This document shows positions 13,706 to 26,624 of a stretch of DNA of 64,000 nt, in pieces. Within the stretch, counting starts at the first letter, position 1, and the number at the start of each line of letters is the position of its first letter. Source of the DNA: Basidiobolus meristosporus CBS 931.73 (Eukaryota; Fungi; Basidiobolomycota). The DNA is taken from contig MCFE01000086.1 in the NCBI GenBank assembly GCA_002104905.1, positions 114,048-178,047 of the forward strand. The letters are read 5' to 3'. A program made the translations under genes and the position numbers. Below the pieces are notes generated by a model. The model did no database searches and had not been told where the DNA came from. It saw nothing but the letters and a program-made list of their open reading frames with translations.

Positions 13706-14999
13706 TTCTCTGAAGCAGGGAAGGTTAAAATACGACCTCGATAGTATCCGAGTTTTCTTGCTATATAATTTACATACCGAGTTAAATCAAACATTTCTGG
13801 ATTGACCAAAAACCCCTGTTGTACGGAGCTCCAGACAAAACCTTCGTCCACTATGGGAATATTGAAGGTCAACAACTCACCTAAAATATCCTTCATTCCC
13901 TCCAAGACATGGGGTGTAGTCAAAACGTACGACGTCTGGTGATTGGAGATATATGAGTAAGAAGCGCCCAAATAGCTCTTGGGGCGCTGGAGCAACAATA
14001 ACAGGAGTGTGCCCCAGTAATTACCATCCAAGCAACTGAAACAGATATTCAATAAAAATATACCTTGGTGGGCATAAAAGCATCTAAGATAATCGAACCT
14101 CCATGGCTTACGATATTGTCATGAAGTTGCTGGTATCGAATCTCATCAAACCCAGCGATATAAAAGCTCTTGCCAAGAAAAAGCTTTTCGAACGCCATGA
14201 CGTTTCCTTACTGAGAACTGTCAAGAGAGAATTGTGTTGAGGTAGCACCAGGAAAGGGTCAACCCAAAAGCGAAAGGAAAGGCCAAAAGCGTCAGTAGAA
14301 ATCCGAAGTAAAGAAAGGTTAGCCCCAGGACTGTATAAGGTTCCAATATACTTTAAGCCAAGTATATGTTGCCAAGTGTGGTATGCTTCACAGGCGTAAC
14401 CTTTTAATATAATGCAGTGTGATGATACTTCCAGGATGATACAAATGTAGCTTTGTCAATTATCAGTAATACAAAATCCAATAATAACGAGGAAATGCAA
14501 GATTCGTAGCAACATGCTGATAGAATTGGTAACCCTACCATACACTTGATACTCCATGGCTTTTAATTTTGCGCGGACTACCTCAACATCTGGTCAGCTA
14601 AAGTAGCATTGGCTTTAATCGCCGTATATTTTGCATCAACATTAAACTTGCTAATGGTAGGGGGTGCAATGGTGTCTGCATATGATTCGCAAGTCACATA
14701 GTGTTAAACTCCATATAGTACATTTATCAAGCAACCAGTTGATAAGCCATTTTGTGATCACTCACATGGGCCAATCAACTATAGTTACAATCACGCACTA
14801 GACATGGATTCAGAGCTCAAATGCTGGTGAGCTAGTTCAGGCAATGAATATATTAGAACCACATGAGCGATGATAATCGCAGGATGGTTCAATGAGACAG
14901 CCTGTGAACTGAACCACGATCCAGCACCTGAAATTTCATTGCCATCTCCAACTCGGTATGTGTGCGAAGCTCCAGAAAACCATCATATATTATGAATAT

Positions 15000-15615
15000 T
15001 CACCTATTTATTTTTCTACCACAAATGTATTTGATACCAGGTGCTGGCATGGCCTGCTTCAGAGTGTAGGGTTTAAATCTGCAACGCGAGCGAAAATGCC
15101 TACTTTTTCCAACTCTGCGGCTGCTTTCTCCCGGAAACGAATCCACTTTCAAAGTATTGATGTGCCAATCAATTCCCTCGTCATTCGATGAAGTACAGCC
15201 TTGCTCCTCTATATCACACAGGATATCCGACACAAATTCTCCGTCTGATAAGTCACTCAATATTTCACCAAGTATGTCCTCATCATACAGTCTGTGAATA
15301 CAGTCATCCTCAAAAACGAGACTGCTAGTAGAGGGTGCTATCCTGTTTGGTAGTTGAGTGGTGCCTGTGCTGTATTCACCACTTGGTAATTGAGAGGCAC
15401 CATCAGACAACCGTAAAGCGCATGCTGCATGGAATAGAAAGCAGCAGAGGTAAGTTATTGCCAAGATGAATCAAACAATGCAGGCCTGCTGATATAATGT
15501 AGCATATACCTATGTCAGGTGATTTTTCTATTTTGTGTAGTTCAGTTTCTGGCACCATATTAGCAATATCTAGATAAGGTGGCCTAGTACTCTCCTCTTT
15601 ATCCTGCTCGCCCAT
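15000..15615 (-). CDS. Hypothetical two-exon acidic protein (~175 aa)
   Basis: Exon 15615-15510 and exon 15424-15000 join in frame across a phase-1 GT-AG intron (15509-15425): MGEQDKEE..SPDI-ACALRLSDG..RFKPY... No family recognised. Confidence 0.45.
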
Positions 15616-16760
15616 TCCAATAATAAACCTAAAATCTCCCTACTTACGTTGCATTATTAAGCCAAGAATCAAGAAGGCCAAGTGAATGTATATACCACTT
15701 TCTGTAGAAGTACAGATTGACCCATGGAGCTCTTCCTTTTTGCTGTATTGTAAATATCGACTTGATCTGAGTGTCATTTTGCTGTTACTACATCCAGTTG
15801 AACTCACATAGGAGCACTTACTCCACACCAACTGGAAGGTCTTTTTGATGATAATGCTAGTAAAATGTGGATTTTTGGCAATTGGTCTAATGGCCCAATG
15901 TTGTGGTTTCTTCAAGAACCCCACCTTTATTTAAGAAAGCCAACTCATTGATCGGGTGATAGATGTAGGATATCAGAAGATGATGTTTAGATAGACTTCA
16001 AGTAGCCTATCCATTCGGAGAATCAACCTCAAGAAAGGTTATGTTATTTGTATCCGCCCAGCATACTTGGAATTGAGAGTTTGACTCACTGATGAGCTGC
16101 GTTTCTAACAAGATTTTTAAACTCCCATGCACCCTTTCACAACACGACCTCGCAAAACAGAAATGGTACAATATCATAACCAGTTGGCTGTAATACAGTA
16201 TCATCCCAACTAGTTTAGGATATATTAACGTCGAAAGCCTGATGGGTTATCCTCCACCATTAAAATTTCTGACTGAAAGCAAGTGGACTCGGCAAGCATA
16301 AACTTTGTGTACGTGGGGCTTTGGTATCATATCAATCCTTAACAAACAAGCTTTCACTGAAATACGTGGATAGTGGGTTCGAACCTATGACATATCAACT
16401 TTTACCTCGCAGGCGAAACCACCACTGATGGATACTCCGATGCCGCAATCTCACAAGCCTAACTGGCATACACTCAGAATATGCCCATTGCTACCATCAA
16501 AGCGCGCAGCCTGCATGGATATTCTAGGACAAGATCCTCGAAATACATGGGTGCCCTTCAGCGTACATTGATCGGTGGCGATTTTCCGAAAATTGAATGA
16601 ATATTCGATGGTGTTGGGGCGCAGCCATCAAGTTTCAGCAGGCTCAGGTGTTACTGACTAATCATGTATATTGTAAAATAATTCTATTCAGGGACCTATT
16701 AAAATCGAACAAACTGAGCGACCGATAGCCAGATGGTTAATTTTAGCCAATGGTTGGTAC

Positions 16761-16845
16761 AAAACACCCCAAGCCAGTATCAGAGCACAGGGAATTAATT
16801 TTGCCTGCAAAAGCCAAACACCTGAACCACTGTGCAATACCTCTT
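16761..16845 (-). other. tRNA-like/SINE-like 85-bp insert flanked by an 8-bp direct repeat
   Basis: GTTGGTAC occurs at 16753-16760 and 16846-16853. The minus strand has an A-box/D-arm-like GCAC-AGTGGTTCAG-GTGT and ends in TTTT. It has no complete cloverleaf and no CpG. Confidence 0.3.
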
Positions 16846-18391
16846 GTTGGTACTATCTTGCACAATCTGTGTTGCCCAGAGCACAAATATCCACTCCTCT
16901 GCCCAAGTCGCGCGCCTATGGTGCCAAACTATTCATGTTGTGATTACTATAGGTAGGGTGCGAAGATCATTCGAGGGCGTGTAACATAAACTGCGCTATG
17001 TGTAATGATGAATTTCAACCGACTCCTGGTGAATGGTGCCGATGGATATAACGGGACCAGTTCCCTATGAGGCGTCCCTGAGCATTCATGGATATTATGA
17101 TGATCTGGTATATGTATGGTGCCAAGAGGCTGGATAAATATAGATTCGAGAATGTATATGGAGATACGGGAATAGAGAGCGCCCTTATTTGAACATCGAG
17201 GCTCCCCGTGAATTTTGTTGGGATGTCTAGACCATACAATAGCCGAGAGGATTTTCACAGCTTATACAGCAATATTGGATGCAGCAGGTAATTACCCAGG
17301 CGGATTTCCAGGAATACCAAGGGCTAGCCAAATGGTTTGGAAGGATTGTCCACCGCCCAGATGAAGCTGATCCCCCTAATCATTGTTTAAAATATGTAAG
17401 ATTATGTAGGCTGGAATTAGCGTTGAGGAAAGCAGCATTAAGCAAAGGTGACCCGATCCTTAATGTTCCATTAGCTTATGGAGGGTTGCACTTGCTACCA
17501 CAGCTTTGGTGTATCCGCAATGAGAATTAAAATAGATCGCATGTTTGGGTGATGTACTAGAGTCAATCAGGTTATGTTGTGTTTCTCAATGATTTCATTT
17601 CATGCAGCTATATATTCTACCAGTGATGCACGTGATTTTCGTTCTCTCCGACCCTCCATCATTGCTACAATGGGCTCGGTGGTGCTGCTATTTGATAGGA
17701 TGGTGTCGCATAAAGGGTTGATCGAATATGGCTTTGCCGCTTGATGGGTGAGTAGATCGAATTTCCTATCCAATGGGTGATGGCCAAATGTTTATCCTGG
17801 GCTTGTGAACGGGTAAGTTCTCAATTGGGTTGCCTAGGTAAATTCCAACGTGTCACTGCTGAGGTATGTAACCATATTGGTGCAATTCACTCGGTGTGAT
17901 GTATTTTGGATAATACTAGCCATATATAACACATTCCCATCAATAAGTTTGTAGTATTGGCAAATGGCGTATTATTCTGCTCGCTTGACCCACACTAGCA
18001 ACATCTCGAGGTTGAACTGCACGTATTGTGTGGATCAAACCACTGCCAAAGCTCAATGAAGTTGTGTTGTGTTAGTACAGAGCAGGGCGCTCAAATGGGG
18101 GTAAGGAGTGAGAATCAAAATCCGCGGTGCCTAAGGGTTATCCTTCATTAAACTCGATGTTATCGTACTCATCTAAATTATGGTATTTCTATAGGCTGAT
18201 CAATTTGATAACGAATAATTGACGCCACGATCAGGGTAACATTCAACTATTTAAATATAGGTTGTAGTTTTTTACCCAGTTACTCGACTTGTCTTATTAT
18301 TTCTCTAGATCTTTCAGCACTTGTCGCTTTATTTCCCGACTTTCATTTTCCAAAACGTTGCGGTTATACTTAGTTTGACGTCCACGTAGAA

Positions 18392-20439
18392 ATGTCTTCG
18401 AGTGCACCAGAAAACCAAGAGGGCGAAGATCTGATTCTCTCATTTTTGAATCAAGATTGTTTTGCTGACACAGAGGGAATATTGTCTGATCCTAAACTTT
18501 TACCTAGTGAAGACAATCTTTGGGACTTCTTGAACAACGTCCCTAACTTGAACAAAGACGACTTATCTGGTGGGGCTTCTCCACCTTGGTCTAGCTCGTC
18601 TTCCGACGACAATGGTGGTACACACATACCCAGTTCACCCCATAGTGTGAAAGAGGATCTGTCAGAATTTAAAACTCCAAAGCGTGAGGAGACCGAGACT
18701 GACTACTGGCAATATGTAAACGAAGATTGCGTTCTTGAAACTCCTGCTTCGAACGCTCCGAATTTTTCTGGCAAAGTTCCTGTAGAGATCCCCTTATCAC
18801 TTGAGATGCCCATTCCTCAAATAACAGAACCTTTCACACAAGGGGTGTCGATTCCTAGTACCGGGGGTATTCCAGCACCGCTATTTTATCCACACGGACT
18901 TCCCGGTATACCTACATATCCTGGGCTACACTTGTTTCCCACTATACCCGTTATGCCTATAGTTCAACCTGTGGCTGAGCCGCCAAAGAAGAAGAGAGGC
19001 AGAAAGAAGAGAGAGCCTTGTCCTGCTCCTTCTACCGCAAATCTTGTCCCTCTAAAACCACTTATTCCGGTTAATGCGCAGCCATCCACTCCGCTCAGCT
19101 TTGCCGAGTCTGTACCTGACCCAGTTGCTTCAAATGACACTATTCTTATCAAGAAGGAGTCTGCAGAGTCTACTATGCCAATTGTAACAGCAAGTACGGC
19201 CAGTCCTGCTTCTGCATCTCCTAAACCCAAATGTAGTCCAGCAACTGCCTCAACAAACACCAATGCGGCACCACCCGGCGAAGCAGCCGCGGCGTTAAAC
19301 AAACGCCAAGAACGGTTAATCAAGAACAGAGCAGCTGCTTTGTTATCCCGCAAAAGGAAAAGAGAGCACATGGCCAATTTAGAAACTGCCAATGAGACTC
19401 TTCAGCAGGAAAACGATGAACTGAAGGCCAGAGTCCAAGAGCTCGAACAGGAAGTTGAAAGTATAGCTCAAGAGAGAGATCAAGCCAAAGAAGAGAGCGC
19501 ACAATTGCGCAAAATGCTTCAAGAACTTGGCACTCTCAAAGAGGAGGAGTCACCTAACGATACCTCAATTGCTATCGAAACCATGGACGTTGACTTGGAA
19601 GGAAATTTCATTGATGAGTCCGAAGGAAATGAAATCATCCAATTGGGTGACAAAAAACTATCTAAGCCCAAGACGACTGGAGTTGTGTTAATGATTATAT
19701 TCTTCTCATTTGCACTATTCTCTCTGCCCATGACCAACTATCAATCAACCATTGGAAGTAATTACGGAAGTCGCGCTATTATGAGCCCCAGTATTTTCAC
19801 CCCTCCAAATGTACAAGATTCCACCCCCCGTATCATTGGCGTAGAAAGTACACCGAAGGCTAAACAAAGACCATCAAAGCGCTCACTACCTAATACCGAC
19901 GATGACCTGAAATGTCGCCTGAACTACACCGAGCTCCCTCTCACTGGCTCCGGAGAAGATGTTACTAGAGCTTTGCACACATGGCTTAGTCGACAAGATA
20001 CCCAAAAGCAAAAGGTCAAGCCAGCTAAGGTGGAGAACAAGGAGCCAGTCTCTATGGCGGTCGCTACTATTAGGTTGGTTTTTCTATCTTGTTTTATTTG
20101 TAGTAGTCTGATACTTACTAGCTCTCTAAATTTAGAAGACCGCAGCAGAACATTCTTCCACCCTTCGATCACGCCTACCTTTATGCAGCCGATCTTCAAC
20201 ACTTCTTTACCAAACAGAATGACACCAACCGTAAGACTGTCAATCAACGACCTCGTATTTCCCTTCTCTCGCCTGTGGGCGGTGTATTCCCGCCACCTTG
20301 GGTTGCTGGTCCTTCTGATCGTAAATACTTGAAAATTGATGTTGAGGTGACTGGGAGTGGGCTTGTAGATACGGGAGACGGTTGGCTGTTCCCAGGGCTG
20401 AAACGAGCCCCTGTGTATGGGGGCATGATTAGTGCCTAA
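18392..20439 (+). CDS. Membrane-tethered bZIP transcription factor, ATF6-like
   Basis: bZIP KRQERLIKNRAAALLSRKRKREHMANLE plus leucine zipper, then a hydrophobic TM TTGVVLMIIFFSFALFSLP. A phase-2 GT-AG intron at 20074-20135 gives a C-terminal exon ..RPRISLLSP..YLKIDVEVTGS..MISA*, with TAA at 20437-20439. Confidence 0.85.
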
Positions 20440-21160
20440 TTCGAACAGGCTTACAGGACAACGCCGAGCTTGATCTTTCGAAATCCTATTTCATGTATAT
20501 TCAATTTTCATAGTGTATTTTATTTGTTCCCAGGCTATCATGTTTTTATTGCATTTATTATTATGTTCTTGTAAAGCAACAAGTACTAAAAGAATTCACA
20601 CCTACCATCCCACCAAGATTTTCTGTGCGTTGCCACAACGTTGACTAGTTTCTCGATCCATTACTCAATCAGGTGCACATACATGGGGTGTTTTTTCTAT
20701 GGCAAATCGCATTGACCCATGCGGGGCCATGCATTGTAGTCATGAGTCAATCCATCCCTCAGTGTCACGTCACATACAGTATAACCCAAGTAGATCACAA
20801 GGAGAATGCGGTTGGATAGGGGTCCAGGAGGGAGCAAGGGAGTTGGTGAACGTGGGCTGATTTATTTCATCGATGTTTCCGATGGCAGGGCACGGACAGG
20901 GTGGGAGGGATTAAACTGGGCATTAACTAGTGTAAAAGGCAAAAACCATCAGGGGGGCGATGTATGTATATATTCGCAGAATATAAAATATGCAGGTAGA
21001 TTCCACGAAGGTGGAGTGAATTGGAGATTAAAGAGCAACTGGATGATTCAGAAATAGTAAGAAATTTCACAAGGTTAAGAAAATTATGGTACACTCAAGT
21101 ACAGCTAAAGGTTAGGTCAAACAATGGGCGAGCCATCCTGGATTGGTTAGGAACGAACCC

Positions 21161-23779
21161 CTAAACTCCAAACCTTTGTCGTAATTCCTCGTCCAACTCG
21201 GTAAAGAATGACTCTGGTAGATATGGAACATACTCCTTTTCACTCCGACCCCAACCGCTAAGCATTTCCGAGCTGGTGGGAATGGCAAAGGGGAGGAGAT
21301 GGGTTGGATCCATCAGCTCTTCCATATCCTCCGACTGAGCAGATGCTGCTGCGGGTTGGTTATGCTCGTAAGTGGGCAGAATATCGATGTTTTCTTCTCG
21401 AACCTTGGGTTTCCGATGGCCCTCTTTATCTGTCTCCGATGAGCTATGAGCTTGGACATTGCAGGTATCCTTGGCCACTTGTTCCAAGTACTGGGTAATC
21501 TCTTCCGGAAGCTGATTCTCACCGACTTCGTAGCGATAATTGTGCGCAATGCGATAGGTTTGGAGAACGTTCAGCCCGGAGAGCTCTTTGATGGTGACAA
21601 GAAGCTCGGTAAGATCAGACAACCCGGAAATGCACTGTAGAAGCTGAAGGAGCTGGATCAGTGAATTGAAGTGCTGTATCAGGACCTGTGGTAGCCGGTT
21701 GCTGTGCACCCAGTCTTCTATAGAAGAAATGTTCATACGGATCTGCATAGCCTTTGCTCGGCAGCAGTAATCCTTGGTAATCATGACCCGATTAAACATT
21801 TCTGCCGAGATGTAGTAGAAGATTTGGTTCAAGGCATAGTGGATGATTGTCGGATGAACCTCGAATGACTGCAGAACAATCAGTGTAGACGAAAGAATGC
21901 ATGCAACCGTCTTCGGGGTGGCTGGCTTTGCACGAGAAGTGCCAACCGGGATCGAAAAACGGCTCTTACGCCGGACAGAAAAGCGGCTGGTGCGTGGGGA
22001 TGGTGGGGGCGTAAACGCCTTCTTTCCGGGAAAAAGAAAGTTCCGCTTCTCCCCCACGAATTTGATATCCTCCATACCAGGAAATGCGTCGTGAACCAAC
22101 ATTGCCGGTTCCAGTACTTCTTCGATGCGTTGCGTGACGTTTCGAACGAAGCTTTGGTACAGCTCATGTATTAACTCCGATAGCCCAAGTTGGAATTCCA
22201 CCGAGGCGGTTACCAAGCTAACATCTCTTTTCAAATAGTACAGCAGCAAGGTGCAGTTCGACAGCCAGAATGCTAGGACCGACATGTCCTGGCGATGTTG
22301 CTATTACGTTATGTTAGTGGCGTGTACCGGGTGTATACTAAAAAAGGTTGATACCTGAACGACCTCCAGGATTTTGTCGAATGATTGATTCATCAATGTT
22401 TCAAGAAGATCTGGGCCACCCAAAAGCACCCCGTAGCGCGCCGCCAAGAACAAGACATTGGCGGGAATAAACTTATGCTCACGTGAATAGCTCGGTTTCA
22501 TGTTCACAATAACTTTTTCCAACAAGAAGCCAAGATTGTCGTGGGTAAATACAAACATCTGGTCAGGTTGGATATTGTCCCAAGAGAATTCAGCCTCATC
22601 TTCGAAATCCTGGGGCAAAGGAAAATCAAAGGTCAATAAGCCACTAGCTTGGAGTGATGAAGTCACTTCCCACATACCCCATAATCGCTGAATCGAAAGT
22701 CAGATAGGTCTAGGTCACTTCCTTTGGCTTGGTCCAAAGCCATCTTGTACAGGATATCGCTCTCCGAAATCACACTCTCCAGGTCTGCTTTTGACGAAGT
22801 ATAGTAACCACTTTCACGGTTGCTTCCAGTGCTTCCAGCACCATCCCGCGGATCAGTCAATATTTCCACAATCCTCTGGTTCTGAAAATGGTCGCTGTCC
22901 ATTCCATGGTTAACAAAGTCCATGACCGTACGGCCTTTGGAGGACTTGGAAGTGGTGGAAGCTCCGTGATCAATCAACGTAGCAACAATACCGTCGTGGT
23001 GGTTATTTGTTGCCCACATCAGAGCGGTCCAACCGGCTGGAAAATTGACAGCTAGTTTAGAAACATAATAATAGCAAAGCAACATGATATACGATACATT
23101 TATCTTGAGCGTTTGGGTCTGCGCCAGCTTCGAGAAGAGTATAAGCAACTTCAAGATAGCCCCAACATGCCGAGTAAATGAGAGGGGTGGTGCCATCTTC
23201 GTCTTGACCATCAATATCAACGTACGTCCTTGCGATACTCAATAGTTTTTTTAGTCTTTTTGAGTCACCGTTGGAAGCAACCCTTCTGAGAATCTGAGTT
23301 AGTTTCTCGGCTTTTTGCTCTTCAGTCAAATATGGTTGAGCCAATATTTCCTCTTCATCCTCAAAAGGATCGGTTATTGGAGCGGAGGTGGGCGAGGTGG
23401 GACTGCTAAGTATCTGGAGGTCGAATTTCGGAGCGGCAACCGAGTCAACAGAAAGAGTAAGCTTGTTCAACTCGCACTCTAGCCCCAATTCGCTATTTTT
23501 GGTGAAGTTCGATGGAGGATACCCAAGGCTCTGCTCGGCTTGGTGGTCGTCATCAGTTGCATAATCCCAAAGCTCCATCTTTGTGTCGCTGTCAGGTGTC
23601 TTAGGACCAGTGCTTGAGGTATTTGACATACGATTTTCTTTATAGCTTGAGGAATAAGAGGAAAAATCGGGCTCCGGAGAGTAGTTAGGGGTTTCCAGGG
23701 CCTTTGGCGGGAAATCCTCTAGCTTCAGCTCGGAAGGGGTATGCTTTTTTCCATACTTGAATGCTATTTCAGCTTCCAT
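21161..23779 (-). CDS. Ankyrin-repeat + DIL (dilute) domain protein, multi-exon
   Basis: ANK repeats GTTPLIYSACWGYLEVAYTLLEAGADPN and GWTALMWATNNHHDGIVATLIDHGA. DIL-like region QIFYYISAEMFNRVM..CCRAKAMQIRMNISSIEDW..LQLLQC. Confidence 0.8.
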
Positions 23780-25388
23780 CTTACAAAGCCAAGGGTTACT
23801 AGTAGAAAATAATTATTCACCAAATACAACTCCAAGGAGATATGGTGTATTATTCAGATATCTAAAAGAAGTGTCGGTTAGCGAGGTACGTTGAAGATAT
23901 TACGTTCTTTGGCAGAAGAAAGGCAGCTTAATACATACACAATTAAATAAATAGAGAATTTGAGTTTAAGAAGATTAAATGACTAAAAGAGGCCAAGAGC
24001 GTAAGATAAAATCAGTCTCGAGATAAGTAAATGGATAGCCGAAAGGATCCAGCATCGGAGCCTTGGCTGATCTCGCAAAATCCAAATTTAACACAGACTG
24101 CGTTTCACTGTCATTTTATGGATTAGACATATTATACGACACAATACATAGGTAATGAATCAGGGCATCTGGGATTAGGTTCCCTAATTAATTATCAGCA
24201 TGATATCAGCAAATTGAATCAAATTAATTACATGCCTCTGCTATATTCGTCTAACAAAGAGGTCATAAGCTAGGATTGGGCCATCCAGGGTACATGATAA
24301 GGTGATATATCCTGATGCAACAGCCGATTGTTGCAAGCGCGGTGTTTCAAGTTGATGCAAATGCTGAAGACTCATGCTGTCAATATCGTGCTGACTTCAC
24401 CAGAAGCTCCCAGATCAATGCCTTTGATTGGCTGCTGAAGCATCCCGCTCACCAATAAGGACCGAGGTAGGCTCTTATGCTAGGTCATGAGCGTGGTTCT
24501 AGGAACGCAGACACATTATATTCATATGAGCCCTCGGAACGTATGATTCAGAACTCACATCTAATCTACCTGAGAATGCGTTACAACCGAGCTCTCCGCT
24601 GCCAATGATCTATGGTGGATTTAGGGATATTCACACAGTGGCTATATTAGGGTGATATGCTTCTGGTGAGGATGAGTTCCATTTTTAGCCATTCCATTGT
24701 GCTCATTCCGCTGAATCATGTGGCTGGTACATCACAACAGCCCAAGCACTTGGCAGGTATACTTCCATTTCCGAATGCCTATTTTTATCGTGAAGCGACC
24801 AGAGGCCTCAGTTCCATCATTTCTGACGACATATCAGAACGATTCCTGTGTAATATAAACGCAAGATATGTATGGAGATTAGGTTATGTTCAGTCAAAAT
24901 GATAGGAATCACCGCACCAGGCTCGCCACCAATCACAGGCAGTTTTTTCCGGATGGCCTGCATCTGTTCCCAATTTGGTCATCACAGGTTCAATTTGGCT
25001 TCGGGGTTCTGACTCTGATTTATGAAAGAAGCTATCAGTCAATGCTGTTTCTAACTCAGCGTCCAGAATCCACCACTATCACCCAACCATTCGTAATGTC
25101 TAGAAGCACAGCAACGAGTGTGAGCTATTAAATGTCGCCGCCAGACTTTCTTGAAGATACTCGAGATACCTGGTTGTACACTCAGTTTCGTGAGAATAGC
25201 GTAAGATAAAATGCAGACAACATGACCAAATCTAGAGGTCACACTAAAACATCTTCTGAAACTTGCTGAAGAGTGATACTGATGGAAGCAGTGAGAATAG
25301 CACCAGTGTAGTCAACTGTCAACCTCAACATGATGACCATAAGTTACATTAATATTTATTTCATAGGTGCTATAATGCTCATTTCGTA

Positions 25389-26624
25389 CTAGTTGTTAAC
25401 AGAGTATGGGAGAGCTTTTCCTTCTAAGCCAGCCAACAAATTGTCAATAGCAATACAGCCCATGGCATTTCTTGTTTCTACTGTGGCACTTCCAAGGTGT
25501 GGTAAGATAACACATTTGTTGAATTTGAAAAGAGCGTGGTCGGTAGGTAGTGGCTCAGGTGAAGTTACATCCAACCCAACACCGCCAATAAGATCTTCCT
25601 CCAAGGCACGAACCAGGTCATCCTGCTGGACAATACCTCCTCTGGCCGTATTTACAAATAAGGCGGTGCGTTTCATCCTTTTGAATGCGTCGTAGTTGAA
25701 CATCTCACGAGTTTCCGGAGTCAGTGCGCAGCAGACAACGATCACGTCAGATTCCTTCAGTAGGGTATCGAAATCTGCGAACTCTGCATTTAATCTAGCA
25801 GCTTGCTCCTTTCGTTCGCTTCTACCATGGTAGAGAATACGCGAGATACCAAATGCCTTCAAACGGACCGCGACCGCTTCACCAATACGACCTAGACCAA
25901 CCACTCCCAAAGTTTTGTTGGTCATTTGCACTCCAAGGAGCCAAGTTGGATCCCAGGCGCCCCATTGGCCGTTCCTGGCGGCATCAACAGCTTCGGAAAG
26001 ACGACGCGCAGCCATCAAAACCAGGGATGCGGTGATATCGGCAGTAGCATCAGTCAATACATCGGGAGTATTGCCTACTTTGACATCATGTTTCTTGCAG
26101 ACAGGAACATCAATGTGGTCATATCCAACACTAAAGGTTGAAACCACCTGATTCCACATTGTACAGATATCAGTAAATAAACAAGGAGCTGTGTAAGTGA
26201 GACTAGGCCCACCTTGAGTTGAGGTCCTACCAGGCAAAGTATATTAGAATCTTCGTCTGCTCTGCAACACAAAGGATACTGCTAAGCTTACCTGCTGCCT
26301 CAATGGCTTCCTGGTCAATACGTTCGCTAAACATGCAAAGGGTGCCGTCCATGCCTACACGTTTCAACACCAAGGATTAACATGAAATACTGTGGGGATA
26401 CATGTGTATATTACCTTTAATATCTCTCAAGAAATCCTCTCTGGTTTTACAATCCTCCCACTGCACAATGTCCAATCTACCAAGTATACCCAAGTCAGAT
26501 ACATGTTGCTGAATGAAAAGCCACGAAGGCGCTAGTACTTTTCCTCCTGCTCTAGCCTCTTCTGAGCTCTCTCAGGAAGAGTGCGAGTTACCAAAACACG
26601 GTACTTCTTTTGTATGTTTGTCAT
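25389..26624 (-). CDS. GOR1: Glyoxylate/hydroxypyruvate reductase (D-2-hydroxyacid dehydrogenase), multi-exon
   Basis: Start MTNIQKKYRVLVTR (ATG 26624), then SVGYDHID, GNTPDVLTDATAD, GVVGLGRIG (NAD binding), VNTARGGIV, GLDVTSPEP and PHLGSAT. Confidence 0.9.

Noticed and set aside
16367-16392. tRNA gene (GGGTTCGAACC B-box-like motif)
   Set aside because: The T-stem does not pair on either strand, and no acceptor stem or A-box lies at the right distance.
16761-16845. Functional tRNA, including tRNA-Sec
   Set aside because: No TCA anticodon and no acceptor or T-stem pairing; kept only as a tRNA-like relic.
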